The notes below the pieces were generated by a model. That model ran no database searches. It saw nothing but the letters and a program-made list of their open reading frames with translations, and had not been told where the DNA came from. This document shows positions 34,434-47,728 of a stretch of 64,000 bases of DNA, in pieces. The stretch comes from an uncultured Actinomycetota bacterium (lineage in GTDB: Bacteria > Actinomycetota > Actinomycetes > JAFAQI01), in the NCBI GenBank assembly GCA_963770565.1, contig CAVYQE010000001.1:224001-288000 (forward strand). The letters run 5' to 3'. The number at the start of each line of letters is the position of its first letter. The stretch's first letter is position 1. A program made the translations under genes and the position numbers.

Positions 34434-35533
34434 ATCGGCGCCCCCCGACCCAGCGGCTTTTGTCCTGACTGGAAGTCGTCACCTGGCGACACAATTGTGC
34501 ACGCGATGGAAGAGAAAGGTTTGTCCGAAGCCGACCTGCGAGTCAGCTTGGTCGAACGCACTGGCAAACGCGCCCTTTTTAAAGGAAGGGCAGCGGTAGG
34601 CATTAAGATCGCCAGGGTGTCCAGCGCATGCTTGGTGGATCCGTGGAGTTTTGGATGTCGCGTGATTTTCAGTACCGGAACGAGGCCAACAAAGGCTCCG
34701 TGAACGAACGTGAGCTGATTCGCAAGCTACCATTGAGCGACATGATTAAATTCGGTTTGATAGAGCTCAAACTCCACGTCCGACGGAAGAACTCGCAGCT
34801 TGCTGCGTTTTTTTGACGTTCCGGATAAAGACGCGTTGGTCGCAATGTGTTCGTCAATTCAGCACATGGTGGCATTTCGATCATCCCCGTCGTTCGAATC
34901 GTGGCCAGCGGCGACAGCGGCATGGCTTCGCCAGGGCGAGATCGAGGCCGATAGGATTTCTTGTCGTCAATGGAATCCAAGTCGCGTTTGAGGAGCACCT
35001 TACTTCAATAAGGAACCTCACCCGCGAAGATGATCCTCGACGATTCCTGCCATCCTTCGGGAAGGCTCTCGCGGAGTGTGGTGTGGCTGTTGTTGTTGTA
35101 AGATGCCCAACGGGGTGCCGGTCAGCGGCGCGGCACGGTTTGTCAACCCGACGAAGGCCGTGCTGCAGCTTAGTTTCAGATTCCTAACCGACGACCATTT
35201 GTGGTTCACGTTTTTTCACGAAGCGGGTCATCTGCTGTTGCATCTTCAAGGCCAGCTGTTTTAGGGAGCGAGTTTACCTCGAGGGTAATGAAACAGCTCC
35301 GTCGAAGATGAGGTCGAAGCGGATTCGTTTGGCAGAGGATACTAATACCTGACGAATATCAAGATGCGGTGCGTAGCCTTCCTCGCGACGCACGCTCGAT
35401 CATGAGATTTGCAAGGAGAATTGGAGTATCGCGAGGTATTGTCGTCGGTCAGTTGCAACACGCAGGCAAGATTCGTCTGAATCATATGAACTCCCTAAAG
35501 GTGCGATATAATTGGGATGACATGACGTCCTAA
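34430..35533 (+). CDS. HigA-like XRE HTH fused to ImmA/IrrE metallopeptidase (several frameshifts, start approximate)
   Basis: PDWKSSPGDTI, LGGSVEFWMSRD, AAWLRQGE, SGAARF, DHLWFTFFHEAGHLLLH (HExxH). Confidence 0.8.
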
Positions 35534-36465
35534 CCACGAAACCGGACAAACGTAGTCGGACTCTTTTGCCAATTACAGAGCGAATCTTCCAGTACCTGCA
35601 TGCCGACCTCAAGGACGTCGTTCAATTCGACAAGAAAACCATCAGCATCTCTCGCCCGGATGATGGTTCGTCCGCCAAAAAGCAAGCGCGCACCTCTCAG
35701 CGGACCTGTCGAACCCGCTAGATACGCGGACCCCGGTTCAATCGCGGCAAGTCCAAGCTTCGAAACCATACATAAATAGTCGAACCTAGCCATTGGACCG
35801 ATCGGCGACACTTTTCATTGATCCGTAGAGTCGGTCGAACGCTTGTGTCGCGCCGCCACCTGAGTCGCGGATTGCCTGCTCGAACATCTCTTCATGTGTA
35901 CGTGGCGCGCACCTACCCACCTACGTAGGTGTCCACGGCCTGCCCGGTGCCGTTCGTGCCCAGAGCGTCGAGACTTTCGTATTTTCGATGATTTCCAAAT
36001 CCGCCCGGCACGCCAAGCCGTTTCAATTGAGCTTGTTTTCGATACAGCCAATTTCGAAAGCCGGTTGGATCCCGGCTCGTGGAAGCCCAGTCCCAGAAAG
36101 CGCCATCGCCGAGACGTCCGTACACCTCGCCGATGTAGCGCACAACCGCCGCGCAAATTTCGACCAAAATGAACGAATAAAAACACCATCCAGAATGCGT
36201 CTTCGAGACAGCCGTCTCGATGGAACAACATTGCCGCCTTGAGCGGGTCGAACAGGTCGCTAGTCGGATCCCGACGGGCCTCGCATATCTCACGTTCGCG
36301 AATTGTCGCAATATATCTGACCCTATGAACGCTCTCCATAATTTGTTCAAGCAGACAACTTCGGGCGGCGGCATCTTGGATTCCGGGCAGTGGATGCCTC
36401 TCGATATGAAAAGCCAGTATCGCGTCTTCCAGCTGCCGAGCACGTTGTCGATCGCGCGGTCTCAC
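35530..36465 (-). CDS. Alpha-glutamyl/putrescinyl thymine pyrophosphorylase clade 3-like protein (frameshifted)
   Basis: FDPLKAA, AFWMVFLFVHFG, FGNHRKYESL, ARFDYLCMVSKLGL, STGPLRGARLLFGG, EDSLCNWQKSP..F.G; family recognised from memory, not by search. Confidence 0.7.
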
Positions 36466-37259
36466 GCAAGCACCTCTTCCGACGAGGACGCAAGCCACTT
36501 CGAATTGCTTCGATTGCCCGAGAAGTTACTCCGTAGCTGCTTTGAAGATTGAGGTTGAAGCCGAGGATTAGAATACGTCGTCCAAGATCCATGCCTGACA
36601 TTGCGTCAGCGGTCGCCGTATAGGCGATCCCGTTGATATCGGCACTTGATCGTCGATTGAGGGACCAGCCGCTTGCATGTTGGGACCGAAGAGAGATGCC
36701 GGTGAGTGATTGGAAATGTAAGGCGACCGAACGCCCGTTGAGAATAAGGACATCCACCGGCGAGTCCATAGAGCACGCACAAACAGATCCCTCGAAACTG
36801 AGAAAAGCGAGCTGCGTTCGCGCGACGAAAGTTCAGTCCACTTTTGAGTTGTAGCATAGGGAACGAGGTCTAAATGGCAGGCTGATGGGGCGTCTCCATA
36901 AAATGTGGCTCGCATGGCCGACACCAAGTGCTCAAGTCGCTTGAACCATATGTTGTACGGATTGCGTTGGAAGTATTGCGTACATGAGTCGGTGATTTGT
37001 TCGATGTGGCGGCAGTCTGCTCCGGCCCAGGTGGATAGCCCAAGCGAATTCAGCGTATGAAATCGCCGCGATCTCCCCGCAAGCTCGTTGCCGCGTTCGT
37101 CAACAAACTCCGATTGCTCGGATTGATTCCTACCGTCGCAATCCTCGCACTGGCCGGATCTCCACAAATCGGGACAGGGCATCCCCATTTGATGACACCA
37201 GTTCCCGCAATCGTTCGACTGTCGAGTCTATTTAATAGTGCCGAAATTGTTGAGTACAT
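36462..37259 (-). CDS. Uracil-DNA-glycosylase-superfamily-like protein (frameshifted)
   Basis: PVP..GD...ARIATVGINPSNREF, HLDLVPYAT..W, VLILNG; GTGA overlap with the downstream gene. Confidence 0.6.
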
Positions 37260-37324
37260 GCAGCAACCACTTGTTTGAAATGAGCGGCTGGGATTCAGTT
37301 GATCCCTCTTACTACCGGTTCGGG

Positions 37325-38088
37325 TTACGTTAGGGCTTGTAACTTAGCGTCGATAATACATTGTAGACTTGTGACGCCATTTCGGAGCGAATTCGCGCAA
37401 CGCCGTCAACATTGTTATCCTTCGCGAGCCGAAAGATCTGCAGCAGGCGAACTAAGTCAGCCCAGAGGGGACCCAATCGCTCAAACCTTGAAGTTCAGGA
37501 GTTTTATGCGTGCGAAGGCGGTCTTCCGCCTCAAGAAGAGGGCGCACAATCGACGGGCGAGGATCGCCGCGCGGCATCTCCGGCATCGTGATAGAAGACT
37601 GCCAGCCTTCATTAAGAAACCGCTTTGTGGCCACGAAGTGTTTTTCGTAGATATGTAGGCTTCCCGTCACATGACAGTAGAAACCAAGATTGGTCGATAG
37701 GATTCTGGCAATCATCTCTTGGAGCATAGTGAAGCAAAATACGTCGTGCGGCAGTCCGATGTAAGCATCGTTTGACCTCATATTTGTGACCATATCCAAT
37801 GCATTACCGCGTATCATAAACTGAAACGTGCATGTGCATGGAACGTCTTTGTGATGGACAGAAATATCGACAGCATCAAACAGTTGGATGACGGCACGTC
37901 GAGATTCCGGTTTTTCATTCAGCAAATTGACGATGTTGGCAATCTGATTTTGGTCTTCCAGTGGGTCAGGCGAGGGCCGTATCCACCGTAGATCAAACCA
38001 TCTTCCGCCATCTTCGTAATCGGGTAGGTAGTACGAGATGAATCCGGCATCATTTCGCCCCGACAAGTACCAACAGAACTCACCTAGG
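37325..38088 (-). pseudogene. Thymidylate-synthase-fold enzyme, 3' fragment (IS-disrupted)
   Basis: LGEFCWYLSG, PESRRAVIQLFD, KDVPCTCTFQF, MRSNDAYIGLPHD, YCHVTGSLHIY. Confidence 0.85.
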
Positions 38089-38182
38089 CCTTAGCCAAGC
38101 GTACCCCGTCGCGGAATTTTCATTGGCGGCATGAAAAAACTCGGAAACTCTCGGCGGGCAGCGGTGTTTAAGGGGTAATCGC

Positions 38183-39701
38183 CAGGGCTTTGTACTAGCA
38201 TTGTTAATGTTATATCCTGTTTCAACTTGCGTTCAGAAGTCGGGCGGTGGCGATGTGGTTTCGTTTGCGTTTGTTCATCTTCGGCGGCGGTTTCTTGGGA
38301 CCGCGTTTGTGCTTGCGATAACACACGGGAACCGCTTGGCGAGCAATGCGGAGGAGTTCACTCGCCATGTCCCGTGGCGTAGATTGCGATAGCGCTTGGT
38401 CCAATAGGCGTCGCCCACCGCGATTTCCAATCCGCCATAGCAGTGCGCGACCTCCGCCGCCAAATAGTAAATCGAAATCCCATGTTTGTCTGCCACCTCG
38501 GGATGCACGGTCGCGATGCACCGTTGAATCACGCTCAGCGAGTTGTAAGCAACCAGCGCGACAGAATCCGAACAACGCCGCCCGCGGATAACCGAGCGTC
38601 TCGATTTCGCCTTCCAGGTTTTGAGCCACTTCGTTGAATGCATTTTCGATGGTCCATCGCTGGCGATAGAGGGCGGCAACCTTCATGCCGAAATCTTGCG
38701 CGGGAGGTTTGTCAAGATATGGATCTCGGTGTCCCCGTCTCGGGTTGGTTCATCCAACACGATCGTGATGCGGCGAATCTTGGCGACCGTCCCGTCGGCA
38801 TCGGTGATCCGCATCCACTGCTCGTAGACATGGCCCGTTTCATACTCGTCCCACATAGCTGCGGCGGCCGACGAGTTCAACGGTAATTGCCGTGCTGGCG
38901 CGTCACGAAAAACGCCTTGCGGGCACGGGTTCCGAACAGGAACGCCAGCGTGCAAAAATTGCGATCGTTGACCCACACGTCGTTCGGCTTCACCGTCTCC
39001 AACACCTGCGGCAGCAGCGATCGTTCTTGGGCGTGCGCATCCTCACAGGGAAAAAACATCCACCACCAGCTTCCACTGCGGATCCAAAACCACCAGCGAA
39101 TGACCGGGCAACGGGGCGGCGTTTACGGTGTGCAGTACCTCCAGCCGCCGCTGGGTTCGTCGCATATGGTTGCCGTCCAAAATCCGCACGTTGTAGCCGG
39201 GCAACGGATCGGCCCGCGGATCGCCCATTTTCTTGAGAAACGTTTTTCGTTCTCGCGGCCGTTTGTCGCAGCAGGGCTTGCGAGACGCCGCCGCGGATTC
39301 GCTGAAGCTTGTCGTAGACGGCCTTGACCGTAACGGCGATCTCGGCGGAGGCGACCTTCGTCTGATATACTGCATGAACCGACGGGCGAACCTGCGTCGC
39401 CACCAGCCCCATGATTTCGACGAGCGTGGAAAACAACAGCACGCCATCCAGCTGCTTGTGGTCATATTGGCTATAAATCGCGTCCAATCGCTCCGGCGAA
39501 AGAACATTTTCCAGCAATGCCCTGGCCATTACGCAAACCGGAGCCTTTTGCTCGAACCGATCGACCATGTTCTGCATAATCATTGTGTCACCTCAGGCGG
39601 TTTGTGGACGTAACACGCAACCTGATGACACTTTACCGAAAAACAGCCCGTCTTGGCAAATCCACGCTAGCACGGCATATCCGTGCTAGTACATAGCCCT
39701 G
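38183..39701 (-). mobile_element. IS4-family element nested in the IS1380 left end (transposase 38222-39583)
   Basis: 18-bp IR CAGGGCT(T/A)TGTACTAGCA; flanks GGGTAATCGC / GGGTATTAGC; ILDGNH, VNDRNFCT, LYRQRWTIENAF DDE motifs. Confidence 0.88.
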
Positions 39702-39746
39702 GGGTATTAGCCAATCCCATTCACCGCGCACAAGGAGGGTTTTCGA

Positions 39747-41261
39747 GTGAACACTACCATACGACAACGATTAGCGCGATGCAAGCGGCGGATCGAGCGA
39801 CGACTGGACAAGGACGACCTGCGTGGTTTGCGAGCGGCCGATGTTCACCGCCAGCAACATTCATTACGAGATGGCCGAGCGCACACGGGCCGTTTCCCAC
39901 GGCGGCATCGGCGCGATGCACTGTTCGTCAAAGCGCTCGGTCTGGCCGAGGCCATCGACCGGTCCGTCGTTGTTCAAGTTCCACTTGCCGTATCACGAGT
40001 CCGATCACGTCCTCAACATCGCCTACAACGTTTTGTGCGAAGGCACCTGCTTGGAACATATCGAACTGCGCCGCAACGACGAGGCCTACCTCGACGCCCT
40101 GGGCGCCCGGCGCATTCCCGACCCGACCACGGCCGGCGACTTCTGCCGCCGCTTCCGCGAGGGCGACATATTCCTTGCAGCAGGTATTCCACGACGTGCG
40201 CCTGAAGGTCTGGGCCAGCAGCCTGCCGCCTTCTTCGACGGGCGATCCTCGACATGGACGGCACAATGGTCGACACCACGGCGATGCAAGCAAGGGATGG
40301 ACATCACCTACAAGGGGAATGGGGATACCATCCGCTGTTGGTGTCGCTGGCCAACACCGGCGAAGTGCTGTGCCTGGTCAATCGCCCCGGCAATCGGCCC
40401 AGCCACGAGGGCGCGGCCGCGGAGATCGATCTGGCTGGCGCTTGTGCCGTCAGGCCGGCTTCCGGCGCATCTGTTGCGTGGCGACACCGATTTCTCGCAG
40501 ACCGAGCGGCTCGACGGCTGGGACGAGCCGGGTGACAGTTCATCTTCGGCATCGACGCGATGCAGAACTCAACGAATTGGCGGAAAAACTGCCGGAAAAC
40601 GCCTGGAAGCTCTTGCAGCGGCCGCAGCCGAAGGCCCGCGGCAAGCCGCGCAAAGACCGGAGAACGTCAAGGAGCAGATCGTCGAAGAACGGAGTTATAA
40701 AAACATCCGGCTCAAGACGGAGGACGTGGCCGAGTTCGACTACCGGCCGGCCGAGTGCAAGAAGACGTATCGCATGGTGGTCGTCTGGAAAGAACTTGAG
40801 GAATCGGACGGGCAAGGCCACCTGTTCGACAAGAGTCGCTGCTTCTTCTACATCACCAACGATCGGAAGCTTCGCCCGAACAAGTCGTGTTCTGCGCCAA
40901 CGACCGCTGCAACCAGGAGAACCTGATCGCCCAACTCAAGAACGGCGTGCGGGCCTTCACGGCGCCGGTCGACAATCTAGTGAGCAACTGGGCCTACATG
41001 GTGATGGCGTCATTGGCGTGGAACCTGAAGGCGTGGTTGGCATTGATGCTGCCGGAGACGGGCCGCTGGGAGAAACACGCTGCGAAGAAAAGCAGACGCT
41101 GCTGCGTATGGACTTCGCCACTTTCCGTAACGCGATGATCAACATCCCGGCCCAAATCATTCGCAGCGGTCGGCGAATCATCTATCGGCTGTTGGCCTGG
41201 AATCTTGGCAGCCCGTGTTCTTCCGTCTGCTCGATCAGCTTGCGCTGCCGTTGCGCTGCTG
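39747..41261 (+). CDS. IS1380-family transposase (frameshifted)
   Basis: HLPYHESDHVLNIAYN, IPDPTTAGDFCRRF, LRGDTDFSQ, ANDRCNQENLIAQLKNG, NWAYMVMASLAWNLKAW. Confidence 0.9.
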
Positions 41262-41446
41262 ACCTCGATCATTTGAAGCCGGAGTCTGGATGCTCCGGTA
41301 TCCGCCGCGGCCCCGAACCAAGAAACGATCCTACCCCGATGAAGCACCGAAAACTTACACGACCCTCAGGCAGTCAGTCGCTGTCCCGCTGGCGAACGCG
41401 CCGCCCGCAACGGCCAAATTCCGGCGTAGGGTTCGCTTGATTTGGG

Positions 41447-41648
41447 CCTAGGCAACTGAATATCTTGCCTCTCCCCTCCGTCCGACTAAGTTGTGCAAGT
41501 GGATTGCTCAGGCGAAATTGAGCCCCAATCAACTCTCGATTCGGTCCCTTTTCGTTGGGTTGTTTGGCAATCCATGCGCGTCAATCGCCTGGTAGACGGC
41601 CCGCAAGACGTCGTCGAGTGAGTCGGCCGAGAAGAAGGGCAACTCCAC
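41447..41648 (-). pseudogene. Thymidylate-synthase-fold enzyme, 5' fragment
   Basis: FSADSLDDVLRAVY..ELIGAQFRLSNPLAQLSRTEGRGKIFSCLG joins in frame to EFCWYLSG once the IS and one TSD copy are removed. Confidence 0.85.
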
Positions 41649-41919
41649 AAGTTCCCTCTGGCAGGGTGCAGGGTGGTGTCTCTGCGTGCCATTAGGACAG
41701 GTGAGCTGGCTTTCGTCAAGGCGTCCCGATGCCAACGATGCATCAGGTGTCCTCGGTATTGCACCCGACGTAGGGGGTCTCGGGGTCTGAGAACGAACGA
41801 TTCCAACTTTGCCTCGCTCCGGCCAGCTCGCGCGGATTGCTGGCTCGAGCACGTTCGCGCGTGGCGTTGCGTATTCCCGGTTCAAGTCGCCGATGGCTTG
41901 AACGCTTGTTGATCCTCTC

Positions 41920-42190
41920 GCACGTCCGAATTCCGCACTTCCCGCATGTGCTTCATTGCTGAAGTCGCGGCGAGGGTCGCCTTTGTCGCTCATGCGCATG
42001 CCGAAGAGGTCATCGACGGCGTTGGACACGATGACTCGGAGCAGCGTGCGGTTAACCGGGTCGAGGGTGGCGTCGCTGCAGCTCTTCGGCGTTCATTTCA
42101 CCGCGACCCTTGAAGCAGGTGATCGTCGGAGCCTTTTCGCCGGCCGAGCGGATGGCCGCGAAAAAACCTCGGAGGCGGGAGAGGCCGACA
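41920..42190 (-). pseudogene. Diverged copy of the gyrB 3' end
   Basis: Aligns by eye to 42683-42960 (AAIRSAGEK, FKG.GEMNAEEL, DDLF, PRRDF). Confidence 0.85.
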
Positions 42191-42682
42191 AGAAGTACGT
42201 TGTTACTGCTCGGCGGCCGGCTCTCCGTCGGCGTGATGGTGAATAAAAGCTGGAACTGGATCCGTTCCTTAACGGGCAACTTGTCGATCTTGGCGATCGC
42301 CTTTTAGATGCTTTCAGCGGCGCCTCGTTGACGTCTTTGGACTGGTACTTGATTTTCACAGTGCGCCCCGCAGGAGTGTTGGTGAATTCGACGATGATGA
42401 GCTTGCATGAGGATTCGACTCTGACGACCGGCGCGATGTCATAACGACGTCGCCGGTCATCAAGATAGATTGCGCCGCGATTCGACGCTCGCGATTGAGC
42501 GCCTCCGGGGCTTTTCTTTGGTCCAGCCCCGGGCACCGGGCTCGGCGCAGAGGGCACCCCGCTGCCCGTAGCACACGGCGACGGCACCTTCCCCCCGGCC
42601 CTCTCCCAAAGGGAGAGGGAGTTGATGCGAGGCTGCTCGCGGATCATTGCCGCCCGCTCGTCACTCGCGGCACGTCGCCCTT

Positions 42683-45357
<2,675 letters not shown>

Positions 45358-45562
45358 TTATGTTGATCGGTTTTCGGTTTTTAGTGTGAGAGTCGGACGA
45401 AATTCGCGTTAGCCGGTTCGCTTGCGAAGCGACGGAAGCCGATCCACGTCGATGGGCACTCCGGTTCGCCCTGCGGTCCGAGTCTCGGGGTCGAAGACAA
45501 GCGAACCGGCCAAAGGGCGTCTGGCGGATCGCGACGACTTTCCGTCAAGCGACGATTCTCGA

Positions 45563-45874
45563 TCATGCGGAATCGAACGAGGCCAACGCGGAAGCGGAGG
45601 TTCGCAAGCTTCTCGTCGGGGAGGAGTTGCCGGAGTTTCTCTAAAAGCTCGATTTTTGGAACGTCAGTTCTTGCATCAAGGTGGAATTGGCGACGAACAC
45701 TTCCAGCGCCCCGCGGCGGATTGCCCCGGCCCGCGTGAAGCGGGCGATGGCCTCGCCGACGGCCGAGCGCCAGGCGTCGTCGTAAGCGGCAGCCGATTGC
45801 TCGCGGGCATAACCGCGGCGCGCCATGAGCTGGGCCATGATGTCGGCGATCGGTTTGGGGCGGCCGTTGGCCAT
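45563..45874 (-). CDS. DUF721/DciA family protein
   Basis: PKPIADIM..WRSAVG..GALEVFVANSTLMQEL; position between dnaN and gyrB. Confidence 0.8.
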
Positions 45875-45894
45875 GGTGCTCTCGGCTGAAGATC

Positions 45895-46256
45895 GTAGGA
45901 CGGCTCTCCCGAGCCGTCCGGCCTGTGACGGCTCGGGAGAGCCGTCCTACGAAACTTGCTCCTATCGTCGCGAGCCACGGATACGATGACGTAGCCGTTC
46001 GTCGGTGTGGCCGTCATGCTCTGGACGGCTCGGGAGAGCCGCCTGATTGTAGGACGGCTCTCCGAGCCGTCCGGCCTGTGACGGCTCGGGAGAGCCGTCC
46101 TACGAAACTTGCTCCTATCGTCGCGGGCCACGGGTACGCTGACGTAGCCGTCGTCGGTGTGCCCGTCATGCTCTGGACGGCTCGGGAGAGCCGCCTGATT
46201 GTAGGACGGCTCTCCCGAGCCGTCCGGCCTGTGACGGCTCGGGAGAGCCGTCCTAC
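45895..46256. repeat. GTAG-type REP cluster (GTAGGACGGCTCTCCCGAGCCGTC and its inverse) with dnaN 3'-end copies
   Basis: Seen directly; the same REP occurs at about 5390-5435 and 5662-5684. Confidence 0.9.
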
Positions 46257-46267
46257 AGGGCTCGCTC

Positions 46268-47383
46268 CTATCGGTCGCGGGCCAGCGGCATGATGACGTA
46301 GCCATAGCCGTCGTCGGTGTGGCAGACGGCGGCACTGGCGGCGTCTTTCAACTCCATCGTGAATGTTTTCTCTTGATCGAGCACCTTGAGGAAATCGCCG
46401 AGATACCGCGGATCGAGCGTGATCACGACGCTCGGGCCTTCGTAGCTGATCGGCAACTCGACGTGCGACTCGCCCAATTCGGCCGCCCGGCCGTGAGCAC
46501 GCATTCTCCATCGGCAAACGTGAAATCGACGCCGCGGCTCTCTTCGCTGGTGACGATCTGCCGCCTGCCGCACGGCGGCGTAAAACGGTCCGACCGGCAA
46601 TTCGATCTTCTGCACGTCGTGCCGCTGCGGAAACACATCGCGCCATTTGGGGAATCGCCCTTCGACCAGTCGCGAATAGATCGTCACCCGCGGGCTGCGC
46701 ACGAGCACGTCGTTGGCTTTGGCCGCGATCTGGACCTGCTCGTCGGCGTCGGTGAAGGCGCGCTCCATGAATCGCATGGCGTTGGCGGGAACGATCGTCA
46801 TCATGTCGGCATTGGAATGGCCGCCGACGCTTTGGGCGGGGCCCTCCATTTTGGCGAGTCGGCGGCCATCGGTGCCGACGGCGGTGATCTTCTTTTCGGT
46901 CATTTCGAGCAGCACGCCCCCCAGCGCGTAGCGGCTGCTCTCGTTGTCGGTGGCGAAGATCGTGCGGCGAATCAACTCGCGGAACAGCCGGGCCGGCACT
47001 TCGTGATACTTGGTGTCGCTGAACTCGGCGACGCCGGGGAATTCGTCCGGATTCTCGCCGGGCAGGCGGAACTCGCTCCGCTCCCCTTTGATGACCGTGC
47101 CTGTCTGATCGGTCTCGATCAGCAGCCGGCTATCGCCGCTTTCGCGGAGGATCGGGTTGACGCGGCCGATCGGCAAGAGGGCGATTCCCGGATCGTCGAC
47201 TTCGATTCCCAAGACCTTGATTCGGATGCCGACTTCCTGGTCGGTCGCGAGCAGCATGACGCCGTCTTTGGTGGCCTCGATCTTGACGTTCTGGAGGATC
47301 GGCTTGGGGCTACGGACGGGAGCGACAGCCGCGGCCGTTTGAAAGGCCGAGAGGAGCTGATCGCGATCGCACATGAGTTTCAT
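46268..47383 (-). CDS. dnaN: DNA polymerase III beta clamp
   Basis: PKPILQNV, LATDQEVGIR, RYALGGV, VGTDGRRLA, SRLVEGRFP, YVIMPL. Confidence 0.97.
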   Translation of the reverse strand: MKLMCDRDQLLSAFQTAAAVAPVRSPKPILQNVKIEATKDGVMLLATDQEVGIRIKVLGIEVDDPGIALLPIGRVNPILRESGDSRLLIETDQTGTVIKGERSEFRLPGENPDEFPGVAEFSDTKYHEVPARLFRELIRRTIFATDNESSRYALGGVLLEMTEKKITAVGTDGRRLAKMEGPAQSVGGHSNADMMTIVPANAMRFMERAFTDADEQVQIAAKANDVLVRSPRVTIYSRLVEGRFPKWRDVFPQRHDVQKIELPVGPFYAAVRQAADRHQRREPRRRFHVCRWRMRAHGRAAELGESHVELPISYEGPSVVITLDPRYLGDFLKVLDQEKTFTMELKDAASAAVCHTDDGYGYVIMPLARDR

Positions 47384-47728
47384 CGGGGAAACCGCCTTTC
47401 TGGGCTTGCTTTCTCTTTTCGGTAATTTCTTTTTTACAGCAGTATTAGAAGAGGCGCGGCGGCGATTGTCGATGACCGCCGCGGCGAATTTCGAAAATCG
47501 TCGTTTTTCGGCCCCCGAACGGCGGCAACTTGCCCAATTTCCGCTCTGGAAAATCTGTCGGCAAAGCGTCGGCGGAATGACGGCGGGGTGGCGATGGGCA
47601 AAGGCAGATCCGGGATGCGGCGCGGCGGATGTCGGCCGCTGTTGGCCGGCGCGAATCGACCGACACTCCGGCGACACGTTTTCCACCGCCGGGCGAATCT
47701 CGAAGTTCACGATTTGCGAAGTGGCTGT
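47384..47728. other. Possible oriC region
   Basis: dnaA-dnaN intergenic gap with an AT-rich patch at about 47410-47451 and only weak DnaA-box-like words (TTTTCCACC near 47680). Confidence 0.35.

Larger units (their letters stand above)
38089..41446 (+). mobile_element. IS1380-family element containing a nested IS4; duplicates CCTAGG
   Basis: Imperfect IRs CCTTAGCCAAGCGTACCC / GGGTTCGCTTGATTTGGG; CCTAGG at 38083-38088 and 41447-41452. Confidence 0.85.
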
